A stretch of 60,257 bases of DNA, the filler included, from Sluysia triapertura (lineage: Eukaryota): NCBI GenBank assembly GCA_046118255.1. It is 4 parts of 4 records of this genome, joined end to end, with 100 filler letters (N's around TTAATTAATTAA, not from the genome) between each part and the next. Parts side by side here need not be neighbours in the genome. Positions count along the whole stretch, not along the records: positions 16,692 to 36,088 come from JBJNIA010070950.1; positions 36,189 to 49,127 come from JBJNIA010071062.1; 2 more parts are not named here. One strand, given 5' to 3'. The translations under genes and the position numbers were made by a program. Position 1 is the first letter of the stretch. Each line of letters starts with the position of its first letter. Below are positions 25,123-37,459 of this stretch, piece by piece. The notes under the pieces are model-generated. The model did no database searches. It was not told where the DNA came from and saw only the letters and a program-made list of their open reading frames with translations.

Positions 25123-27235
25123 CCTTTTGACACCATCCATTTTAATTTGAAATTCAGAACGAGCAGCATTCATATTTGTAATCATCGAGCCAATATTACC
25201 GACTATGGCAGCAAATATTAATACACCGAGTAGAAAGTCGATGGTAACAAAAATAAATTCGAAATTCCTAACTGGTCTTGGAGTTTCACCAATTGTGGTC
25301 AAGGTTAATGTTGACCAATAATAACAATAGATGTATTGCGAGGAAAATTCCGTCCATGTACCCGTAACTGCTATTTTCTATATTAGTTCAATAATAATTA
25401 TTATTATAATTATAATTATAATTATAATAAATAAAAATAATAATAATAGTAATAATACTTCAGTTGATCCCTCGACATTTCTTGGTGGATAAACCCAAGA
25501 ATCGTGACCTAGTCCAATTTGTGTGGATAAGAAAAAATATAAACAAGCATTAATATGAATAATCACCAATATGTAGAAAATAAGTAAAAAAATACGAAAC
25601 ATGTTAGGATAAGTAATTCTAAATAAAATATTAATCGTTATTTTTTAAAGAGATTATTTACTTTCAAATATAAGTATTTTATAATATGATAAAAATTAAT
25701 ATAAAAACCTGGTTTCAGTTTTATCTGCAAATCGAAATATTTTGTATCCTTTAATTAAACGATTGAAACGAAAATAAACTACATCAAATCCACCAATTGG
25801 CGGTATAATACTGAATATTTCCAATGGTATTATACTAGCAAGGTCTAATCTGAAATCCCATTTTAGCAAATAATTTTTGCGTAATTTAACTATATCTGTC
25901 ACAATTAGACCTTGTTCTAAATAACCTGAATCAAATTAAACGTTGTTTTAATTTTGTTCGATATATTTGGAAGTCCTTTTTACAGTTCGTAATGCTTAAA
26001 AGGAAAATGTTAGCAATTTCTATGACAATATTCAAAAAATGACATTTTGTTTTGTCATCTCAAAAAACATAGAAATCATTTGTAGAAATATTTTGAATAT
26101 TAATTTATTTATTCACCATTTGGGCTTTGCATTTTTATTGCGCAGTGATTTAAATATCACCCGGAAAATATTCAACAACGTACCTGATATATTGTAATAA
26201 TTAAATGTATAGAAAGAATGTATATATTGCAATTCTCAGCCCTTTTTCTAAGGATATTTGTATGAAATACATATACCCTTTGTATATTTAAAATATTTTT
26301 CAATTATTAAAACCCTAAAACATATGAAAATAGTAATTTATAAAGACATTTATTAAGTGTTTCCAGTAGCACATTATCACAAATGCATGATAAAACTAAA
26401 GATTTATGTTTCACAATCATTTCTTAAATATTCAAAACAGAGTTTTATCAATAAAATTGTGGATTTTCAACCAATCAAAATTAACTCTATGCGGCCCTAT
26501 TTTATTTCTATTGAATCCTCTACAGGTTCTATTTAATTCCAGCGAAAACACAAAATTTTTACAATTAAACACAAATTCAAATCGAACTTAAATTATTTAT
26601 TTATTTATTTGATTACGTTTATGTTATATTATGTTTAATTAAACAAAATTCTAAATTCCAACTTATCAATATAATAATATAAATATTCCTATTTGTTTAC
26701 GATATTACACTTACATAACTCCGATAAAACTAATCTGCATACTTCACATATAGTACAGTCCTATTTTAGTGGTCCGGACTTGACCATAATGACGAGTTAG
26801 TGCATCTTCGACATATAACAGATTAAATAAACGTTTCAATGTTTATGTTAAATTAGCGCGTCTTGGCTGCCCCGACACTGGACCGAAAAAGGTTAATGTC
26901 AAATAGCAAAACAAGATGCAAACAATTATAAAAAAATTAATACGAAAATTAAAACAAAATATTAATTTATTTTAACAAATCCAAAATTGTCATTTGGTTT
27001 ATTTAATATACAAAACTAACCAATCCTTGAACTAATAAACATATCGATTACATTAAATATATCAATAAAATAATCAATAATAATCCAGAAAACACGGTGT
27101 TGCACATGAATATTTGGAAATATGGCACGTGGTAATAAAATGAGAATGTTGTATATTGATAAGATACTGATAATGCCTAACCATACATAGTACTTATTAC
27201 CGTTATTATCTACCACAAATTTGTTGATTATGCTG
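25123..27235 (-). CDS. Cyclic nucleotide-gated channel alpha subunit (CNGA/tax-4-like), S1-S6 exons (about 27021-27235, 25709-25925, 25459-25618, 25123-25377); C-linker and CNBD not found; possible N-terminal exons at 28150-28620
   Basis: [41 protein letters not shown] (CNGA pore) and [24 protein letters not shown] junctions preserve frame. Confidence 0.9.
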
Positions 27236-29044
27236 AGTAAATAATTACAATAATTATAATAATTAAAATATTAAAAATTTAGAGGAATTATATTAAATGA
27301 ATTTTATCATTCTTGAGCAAACAGATTATTCGCTTCAATGGTTCTTGTATTTCATCAGGTATATGGCAATAATCTCAAAATTTCAAAACAAGATATTTCA
27401 AAATCATGGAATCGAAAAAAGACGAAATATGTAATAAAACGAAATTATTTAAGGAATTTCGAATTAAACATTCTTAACATATTTAATAATTTAAATTCGT
27501 TATACTACAATAGACAGTAAGCGGGAAACCGGAATAAAAAAACCCATCCAATTGTAAAATCGATAGATTGAGTAACTGGAACTTGTTCAAGAAAAATTAA
27601 AAGTGATTATTAAAGAACGTTCGGAATATAATACTATAAAAGTGCTAAATTGTTTAAAATAAGTTTAAACCATACTTTTTCATCATTCCATATTTGAACA
27701 TAGAATAAGAAATTATATCAATCGATAGTACTGGAAGAACAGAAAATCCGTGATGTAATTAAAATTAAAATGAATAAACAAATACTAACAAGCTCAAACT
27801 AATACAAACCAACAAAGAATTACTGAATGGTTGCATAGAAATACATGAGTGAATTAAAATGTTAAGACATAGATTGTAGAAGAAGATTAATTAATATGTA
27901 TCAGTTAGTTTGTGAATTATTTTCTGATTGAAATCCAAATTATACTAAGTAAATTAAGATAAAATATAGAACGTCTATATTCAGTGATAAATTAAACGCT
28001 TTATAAACTAAAATACCTTTATTAATTTCTTTAAAACTTTATTTATTGCCATTTTTCTTTTAATGCCATAAAATAAGAAAGACGAAAGATGGCAATAAAT
28101 CAGATAACGTAAGAATTTATTCAAAACCAATAACTATTCTTCAAAAACCTTTCCAAAGTTTTCCTATTGGATCATAATGGAAAAATTCTTGTTGAACTTC
28201 TTCAACTTCATCGAATGACCCAAATAAGCAAGTTTTTATAAAGTGCTACATTGACCAGAAGAAACTGTAGTCATATGAAACAACGTCTAGAAAAGAGTCT
28301 GTGGCAGAACTTCCGAAATTTCCAGTTCTTCAATTTTGTTGCTGGTCATTGTATTGTCTTTTTGAAAGAAATTGCTTGGAAGCTCAACATTTGTGATTTC
28401 GTAATCAGACATCGAAAAATACAAACATTTGCATATCCAATCTCTACCATCTGAGACGAATTTAAAATTAAATTTTTTGATCTTGAGACTAATAAAACCT
28501 ACTCAAAATAAGATAAAACTCTATCATAATAATAAAAACAAAACCGTTCCATTTTTATTACTATTCGTTAAAGTTGTTTTGGTTATCGTATATCTATTTC
28601 CTTTATTCTTATCTCTACAAGGTAAGTTTAACTTAATATTCTGAGTCAGAGTTCTTATCCTTCCTGATCTTAGAATAATTATTGAATATTATTTTAAAAA
28701 ATTTTAATTTAATGTAAATTAACAATTATTTTTTGAGTGAAATATGACAATGAATAGAGTACTTTCTAGGATATAATGGTTTATTAATGTTAATGTACAA
28801 GCTATAACTGTAAAAATTATAACTTCTGACAAAATTAGAACAATAATAGTATCATAAACCTTTTTATTTATTTTTATTTGACTCATTCGTATTGCCATCT
28901 ATTACGTGGTCATGTTATTTTGTATAAAATATTATTATATCATTGTATCTATTTGTTATAAAATACATTATTACGGCCGACATCACATCATATATAAACT
29001 TGGTCATTCTCTATTATGTATGTTTAGAAAGCAACATAATTTAA

Positions 29045-29264
29045 CCCCTTAACGCGCAGAAACGTATTAACACGGGCGCGCAAAACCGGCCAAAATGTGC
29101 AGACACGTATATATACGGTCGGCGTCGCAACTTATGTCGCTAACATATATCCGGACATTAAATATTTTAAATATATATTGAAATTAAGGTCCAAATATGT
29201 ATTTTCTTAAATAAAAAAATTGATTTTTTTGGTCGGTTTTTTTTAAAAATTGTGCATTAAGGGG
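29045..29264. mobile_element. piggyBac-type MITE (220 bp)
   Basis: TTAA on both sides; TIR CCCCTTAACGCGCA / TGTGCATTAAGGGG. Confidence 0.85.
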
Positions 29265-29269
29265 TTAAT

Positions 29270-30200
29270 ACTATGGGATTTTAAAAGTAAGATAAGATCA
29301 TTATAGAATAAAATAAGATTTTAACGTGAGTCCACCAACGTATTTGGCTTACCAGTTAGGGCTAGCCGTTGGATTTGTAAAGAAAAGACTTGTTAAATAA
29401 AGGTGAAACAACTTCTTCAAGTGTCTATAAATTTAATAGGATGCTCTTAATTTAGTAATTTTGCGATTAATTCAGAATTTAAATATATATAGCCAATATC
29501 TGTTAATTTCTGGAGGTATTTTTAAAATGGGAGTCAGTGCAAACTAAATAGTATATGAACAACTGAAATTTAATATTTTATTAACTGAAAAAATATTATT
29601 AGGATTAGTTTACGTAGATCCTATGAAAAGGATCTGTAATAATTTATTTTCCGATATTAGAATCAAATTCTAATAGGAGAAATCACTGCTTTGGTATGGA
29701 TTTTATATTTGAAACTATAAAAATTCAAAAAATGAAACCTTTAATAAATTTATATTAAACACTAAATCTCTAACAAATTTATAAGGTAAAATAAAATGGG
29801 TATATTACGTAGATTTAATTTTAATTCTCAAAATAATAAAAATTCATCAGTGATTTTACGTGAAATCTCTTATAAGATTTCGGAAATGATTATAGAAAAT
29901 TAATTTACGTGTATTTTGAGAGGATATATTTTATATTCAAAACTTAACATCATAAACTAACCTATTTTTGTTGAAGGAGAAATTCAGTAAAAATTTAATT
30001 ATTCGTAGGAATTTTTTTCTTAGTCTTCAAAAGTTTGGCTCCTGTTTTGCTTCGTCGAAAAATATCAACAAAATTATGAGAAAGCTTTAGTCAACAAAAT
30101 TTGTGTTAACAAAAAATTGGGTTGCTTTGTTAAAATTTATAGCTATTTATAGTTACTCAAACTGGCCTTGGCCAGATTAAAACAAAATATTTATTTTATT
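29270..30200 (+). repeat. Copy 2 of the 0.8-0.9 kb dispersed element
   Basis: GTGAGTCCACCAACG core, GATCCTATGAAAAGGATCT, TTTATATTTGAAACTAT and CCTTGGCCAG are all shared with 42220-43060. Confidence 0.85.
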
Positions 30201-32669
30201 TATTAAAACAAAGTAATTTTAAATTTGATTAATTTTAAAGTTTATAATTTAAAATTTAATATAATTACTCACGTTAGCTTATAATCCAATTCGAAAATAA
30301 TCCAATTAATTAAAAAATCAATTCAATTAATAATCCAAAAATTATGACAAAAATTATAATATAAATCAATAAAATTACACATATATTATAAATAGTTAAA
30401 AATCAATATAACAAAACGAAAGTATGTTATCAGATCAATGTGTTATTTTATTTACAATCAAATCAATGTATTATTACAAATCAAAATGCTGCATGTGCTG
30501 TTAATAGTCATTGATATTAATAATCATTGATGTTTGTGCAATACAATAATAATAATTAAATGAAAATTATTAAATTGACCATTTTATTGGTGGTCGAATT
30601 TTCCCGTAAGGGAAAGTAATTTTCAGAATTATGTATATGTGTAAATGTTTTAAAACGTTTTATGTGTAAATATGTTTTGATTTTTTAAATTTGTAAATTA
30701 CTATTTTTATTATATTAAATATTAAAAAATATAAATAATTAAAAACAATAATAAATATTAAAAAGATTACTAAAAATATAATTAAATATTAAAATATTAG
30801 AAGAAAAAAATCATTAAGTAAAAATTTTGTTTTAATTCATTAATTTATTTAGAATTATAAAGAAAATTATCAAATAAAGAAAAAATTAAATTATTTAAGA
30901 TGTTGACTTAGGTTTAATATAAATAGATCGAAAATTTTTTAGAATGACACAAGAAGAAAATTAGAAACAGAGTTAGAACAGAATCATAATCCAAAAAAGT
31001 TTAATCAAGTTGCCGAAGAAAGAAAATCCATGACTACTAAGTAATTTTTTACATGATAAGTTTTAATATATTCACCACAATTTCTTGGCATATCAAAATC
31101 CACTAAAACTATTATAATCTTTTGTACCAACACCTTAAATAGGGCTGGGTAACCTATGTCTAAATTTCAGTATAATCATTTTACTAAAGTGAATTATTAA
31201 AATCCTTATTATTATATCGATGGTACATTTTTCATTTATTAGTCTCTGTATTTACTGTAGTTTATATTACTGTAGTTTAATATATCTTATAAGATTTACT
31301 TATTTAATTTCCGTCAAATAAAATATTAAGTTTGATTTCTAAACAGCACCTTAATAAAAGGGTTGTTTAATTTGTAAAATTTGAAATTAAATTAATTCAC
31401 ACTCTTAATCAATCATTAAACTGATTGTTGTCTAGATTGTAAAATACAAGCAAAAGCTTCCTAAGTTAAGTTATAAAATCCTAATAATACATCTCCAACA
31501 GTGGTATAAATCGTATATATTAGGCGGATCGACTCCTTAGGTAAGAATTAAAATTTTTAAGTTTCAATAAAAATAGTTGCAAATAATATATTTACATATT
31601 AGTTTCAAATCTTAAGGTCACTTTCCTTTAATCAAATACATATAAACAGTAGTTTGAAAAACTACTAATTGCCTAGATTGTCTGAATATATAAAAACTTT
31701 GTATACTATTTGTACCATTTTACGTGAATTTTCAAAATAACCTTGCTGAATTTTTAACATAATACGGATCAAAATTTAACCGATTTTATTATCTTGGTGT
31801 AATCGTTAGTTTCTTATTTAGTAGATATCTCATGGCTTTGTAAATGTGAAGTGAAATAAACTTAAAATTCTTATTTAATTTTTGTAACCGTTTAATTTTT
31901 TGGTTATCATAAAATTTTAGTTAATTTTTCTGATATAGCAGTTATTACTTATACAGTAATAATTGAGACAAACTTCTACATATATTTATAAAGCATCAAT
32001 TTTACGAATATTTTATAATTTAGTGTAACATTTATTTTTAACGTGTTATTGTCTGAAGTGATTAAGTTATTGTATTCGATTATTTTAATAAAGTTTTATT
32101 AGTTTAAGATTATTTGAAAATGAGTATACATTACATAACTTAAAAAATTCGTATTATCTTGATCACTTTAAATTACATTGAAATAAAATAGATTCAACAC
32201 TACATTTTTTAATCTTTTAATATCCTTACCATTAATTAATTCTCTGCGTATAAAATCAGACCATAAAATCCGAATTTCAGGTTCTGCTTAAATAGAATCT
32301 TATATAAACTCTATTCTTTAATTAATCTTCCTATAAAAGGGGATCGTAATTCCATTAATAAGTTAGCAATATAAACTAAATATAATTTCGCTTAGAAGCG
32401 GAATTAGAATTAATAACCAAACACAATCAACCTCCATTAAAGACATACTTCTTGAGAAATTGCATAACACTAAAACAATTCATAATTTGATGTTTATAAG
32501 ATAAGAACTAAAATAAGATTTTTAGAAAAACCCTATTATTGACTGCCATACAGTTTATAAAAATTACACGAATATATAATTAGTAATTAACCTTGAAGCG
32601 TAATCGACCTCTAACATTATTTCGAATTTAAAATCCTACGCAATCGGTGCAATATTAGGATGCTTAGTT

Positions 32670-34540
32670 TCTTAGAAACTGGTGGACCAATTGACTGCCG
32701 CGGTTGCTCGTGGGAAAATGGCTTGGTTTTTAAAGAATACTCCACGTGAGAATGTTCTGCCCAGTGGCGGGGGGGCCAGAAGATCGTCACATTTGGCCGC
32801 TTTAAATAATACTCTGCATGTCCGGCCCAGTCGCGGAGGAGCCAGAAGAAATTCTACAGTTCTTAAAGATACTTCGAAGATACTTTGGCTCCGAAAAATA
32901 TGCTCCGCTTGTACATTTTGGTCCCAGTAGCGGGGGGACCGAAGATCCAACCAATCATCATCCACCTCACTTCCCAACCTTGCTCCTGCTCCTGCCACCT
33001 CTCTTTGTCTGCTTCCTAAAACCGCTCCTGCTTGTTTCTGCCTACCGCATGCTACTTCTCTTAAACGGCATTCTACTTCTCCTCTTTCCTATACTCATCC
33101 ATCTAAATCTTCTAAAATAACCACTCTACTTCCTTCTACGAACCTACCATCTGTTTCTTCATCTAAAAACTTACACTCTGCTCTTCCACCGGTCCGGAAG
33201 TTACGCTCTGCTTTTCGGCATAAGTTTCTTCGTCCCATTCCCCCTACTGATGTTATCCCTCCTGTTATGCTCCTCCTTCCACTAATGTTGTCCGCAATGA
33301 AATTGCGTGCTCTCCTTCTACTTGCTCAGACAATGCCGAGCAGGGACCTGTTGATCCGGGCTTTGCAGCGTCCAAAACGTCTTCTTTTGATCCTTTTCAT
33401 CTTCTTTTTGATGACTCTTCTCGTCCTTTACCCATTGAGCAAAGATCTCCAAGTTTAAACAACTACACCTTTCTAAGAAAACTAACCCATCTGACATCTC
33501 CAATTCACAATATCTTTTTTCTTCTGATGACATTATAACTTTTGTAGATAACCTCAACCTGTCTCCAGACTTTCTCTTTGTACCTGACTATGCAAGTGAG
33601 TCTCTTTATCACAATTCTCCAATCTATCATACCTTTATTGATCACTCTAAGGTTCTTACTGCCACCAAAATCTTTTTCGTTCTTAACTTTAACAAACATT
33701 GGTTCCTTGTCTTTGCCGATAAAAGCACTGGAAAAGCCGAGCTTCTAGATCCTCTTTCCGCTGACCTTCATCCTTCTCGAACTGAGAAGGCTGCATTATT
33801 CTTTCTAAATTATCCTCACTTTATAATTAACCCTCCTTCTCTATCGTTACCGGTTGTAGTCACTCCCTTCAAACCAACTCTTTCGACTGTTGTCCTCTTC
33901 TTTGTGAATTCATTCAGAGCCTCTCTTCTAACAGACGTTGTACCCGTCTTAATGATACTTTTGTGCTCTTCATTCTTAAAGCTCTTTATTCCGAAAAACG
34001 GTTGGTTGGAGCTGGCGAACCTTCCCCGTCCTCCTTTTCTTTTTAATAATTCTATTTCTGCCACTCTGACTATCTTTTATATTGCCACATCAACCGTTGT
34101 GGCCAATCCTTTACTCCTACGGATACAAACAACAACATTGTAAAGCCATCTTGCTTCACATGACCTCAATTCTTCAGATACATCCTTCTTTTGCTTTCAC
34201 TGTCTCCGTGTCCTTTCCATCGGCTTTCTGTTTCACCACTTCCAATCCATTTCCATTGAAATCGACCCTTTAGTTGACCTGTGGCATCACGCTACAACAT
34301 ATAACACATATTTCATTCACTATTACCATCGACCACATAAACTTCATCACAAACAAATATTATATCAAAATAAAAAACACTTACAACATCTGCAGTATCA
34401 CACTTTATCTCCCATAAATCACAAACGCATAATAAAATCTCTTTATTAAAACCATTTTCAGTAATACTTTGTTAAACGTAACGCTTGTTGCCATTTCATC
34501 ATCACCAAGGCAATACCTTTTATTGTATTTTTATTGTACA
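32670..34540 (+). mobile_element. Internally deleted RLE-type non-LTR retrotransposon (NeSL/CRE-like): 5' motif array, Ulp1/C48 protease, C2H2-like finger, 3' end; no RT
   Basis: GC-richer island. Start-less open frame SSDDIITFV...NKHWFLVFADKSTGKAELLDPL (HW at 33697), then after a frameshift LQTNSFDC (C at 33888). YCHINRCGQSF finger relic. The 3' part SVIL..RNACC resembles the CRE-type QRGNA terminus. Clade assignment is inference. Confidence 0.65.
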
Positions 34541-36212
34541 TATTTTATCTGGTAAATTAGTACATTATTATTGTCACTGTTAGACCTCACACAATATACA
34601 CATACTCTGATTATAAAGACTTATAAAAATGGTCACAATGTGTCGAGCAGAAGTTTATATATCGTCTTCGAAATTGTAAGAATATCGATGATTGTTCACA
34701 AAACAATATTCAAATTATACTTTGTACTGATAAAGATAGCGTCAGATTTTTTAAAAAAACTTATCAACAACTGAAAAATATTCATTAAATCAATTATTAC
34801 CAGATATATTGTCTACGTCAATTATTTGGTTGTTAATTGCCGTCATTATATTTAATATAATCAATTGTCGTCGAAAACTAAAACGAAAAAATAACCATTG
34901 GCAAATAAATCGAAAAGACGCAGATCATGCTTCTCTATCTATCATTTTTAGACCAATTCCTTTAATTTCATTTAACGATTATATGATATGAATTATTATT
35001 TAATTTTTAAATGTTTAAATATTTATGTATAGATTTTTATGTTTAAACATTGCATATAAATAAATAATTAATCAATAATATCAAATGAATAAATTCTTCC
35101 TCGAGTTTTTATACATTATTGTTATTAGCAACACAACACTTGATACTGATTATAATACCTATAAATGGTAAATGTCATATTAGCCAATTCAAAAAGGTTT
35201 TCTGTAGTTGAAAATTATAACGAGATGTGTATTGTTTGAGTTATTATAAAGGTGTCTAGATAATCATAGATAACATATTTACTAAATGTTAAAAGTAGCT
35301 TTGTCTAATCGTTATTATGATTATGATTATTATTTTTTCAAATTGTTTTTAAAACTCATTATTGTTGCTATTGTTACTATTATTATTTTATTAATATTAT
35401 TTTTGTTATTATTACTAATTATTATTAATTCATTATTTTTATTTTTTTATTTTATTAATTATATTTTATTATTTTTTATTATTAATTTTATTTTATAAAA
35501 TTTTGTTATTTTTATCATTATTTTATTATTTTTTTACTATTAGTTTTATTAATCTATTATTACTATTATAACTACTACTTTGTTTAAATAATAAACTATT
35601 AGCCATTAGTAAAAAATTTTAAAAAAAGACAACAGTTTGAGAGACCCATTTGAATTTAAAATGTCACAATTTGAATATGATATGCATGATCCAGAACTAT
35701 CGATAGAATATTTATCAGGCGACAATTCAGAGCAGGATGTTGGGTTGGAAGATGCTAAGTCATTAGAAGAAGGAAACTCTTTAGTAGCTACAGGAGAATT
35801 ATTTATAATCTATTTCAGATTTATCATTCATAGAAATCATTCACAAGAACTAATTAACGCGATTTTAGATTATGTTTTTACATCAAGCCAGATTCAGACG
35901 CTGCGGATACCTTGTGCCATCACGTTAGATGTATTAAAAGGAGTCAGAGTTAGCGCCTCACAATAGATAAAAAATCAGCAGGCTCATATTTAGAATGTGA
36001 TTTAGTGACCTTTTTTTGTAGTTATCTTCAATAATTTTGATTTAGAATGGATGATTAGAATGTTCCAGAATGATTCTACGGCTCTTTCNNNNNNNNNNNN
36101 NNNNNNNNNNNNNNNNNNNNNNNNNNNNNNNNTTAATTAATTAANNNNNNNNNNNNNNNNNNNNNNNNNNNNNNNNNNNNNNNNNNNNTTGGAGGGTGTG
36201 ATGAGTGATGTT

Positions 36213-36321
36213 GTTTTATGTGATAAATTTTATTTTATTTTTAAGTTAAGGGGTTGGCCACTACAGTTTTATGTGATGATTTTTATTTTATTTTTTAAGT
36301 TAATGGGTTGGCCACTACAGT
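36213..36321. repeat. Tandem duplication of about 55 bp
   Basis: TTTATGTGAT..ATTTTATTTTTTAAGTTAA(G/T)GGGTTGGCCACTACAGT occurs twice. Confidence 0.85.
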
Positions 36322-37459
36322 CAGTAATTTTAAAAGACGCAACATAAAATTAGATTAATTAAAATCTTAATTAACTTAATTAAGGAAAAGTACGTTTGAA
36401 TGCGGAATGCCTGCCAAAGTGGAAAATGTGTATGTATTTGTCTTAAAAAACCTTTCGATAAAGGTATGGTTTGGCTGAGTTCATGCAAGGAAAGACTTAA
36501 CATTGAGCAAAGTCAAATTTTAATTAATTCTTATTTACGGAATGTTTTTTAATACTTAGAGTGATGAAAATATAATAATTTGAATATGAAATGATTGCTG
36601 TGAAAGAGGAGAATCTACAAGTGAATTTGAAATATCTATAAAGTGGTTTGTTTGAGAATAAGAACCTTAAACGTTTTCCACAAGAAAACTTGGTAAGCAA
36701 ATGTGAAAATCAATTTAAAAGTAAAGTAAATAGTAGATGATCATAATTCAATTTTTTGTGTTCCATATCTGGTAAAGTTTGACAGACCGTACAGTGTAAC
36801 TGTCAAAGTTATTATTTTCGGTTCAATTCTCAAAGAATATTGTAATGATTTGTGTGAGAGAATGTTTGTTTGTAAACTTTAAGAGTGATTAGATAATGAA
36901 AAAGTGTTGGGGTAAAATATCTAAAGTGCCATGATGGTATTATTGAATATAATAAATCTAAAATTGTTAGATATCTCAGTGGAAGAGCAACGAACCCTAG
37001 TCAGCCCATTCTATGAAGTCTAACAAATGTATAAATCGAGAACTTGGAAATTTGATGCTCATTAAGATTATAAACCGCATTATCAAGAAGAGGTCCAGTG
37101 CTGATTCCATGATGTGGTGAAAATTTTTATTTATACATTTTTTATGCAACATAATTTTGTTTGGGATACTAAATTAAAATTATAAATATATATATAAATT
37201 ATATTAGAAATAGCTATTTATTTTTAATTGCAAAAGGAATCCCCAAATTGTCTTAAATAAAGATTTTTAATAAATAAATATTTTTATTTGAAAATAGAAA
37301 GTGCATTTTTAATTGTGTATCACTTCTGGTTCTTTGGATAAATTATTATGTTCTTTGTATTGTCAAAATTATTTTCACTTAATTCATTTGTAGTATCGTT
37401 AAAATAAATTTAATTTTATTATGTATTTTTATTTAAAGAGAGAATTACGATTATTAGTT

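Noticed and set aside
19805-27235. Non-standard nuclear genetic code for the organism
   Set aside because: POLA2, CNG and formin exons are free of in-frame stops and use CAA/CAG for Gln.
32736-32944. CRISPR array, or HDV/hammerhead/twister ribozyme calls for the repeated motif
   Set aside because: Eukaryotic context, no cas genes and variable repeat interiors. There is no CTGANGA/GAAA core, no consistent P3/L3 of HDV, and no conserved P4 stem of twister despite superficial ACTCCGC/GTCCCA/GGAGG similarity.
32672-34273. The many short listed ORFs on both strands as separate genes
   Set aside because: They are shadow or partial frames of one decayed retroelement. The informative protease frame has no start codon and is not listed.
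35286-35498. Hydrophobic ORF as a membrane protein (also 7104-7456 and 49172-49360)
   Set aside because: These are translations of (ATT)n low-complexity sequence or of N gaps.
35637-35966. Acidic 109-aa ORF as a gene
   Set aside because: No recognisable motif or supported exon structure, and it sits at a contig end. Left uncalled.
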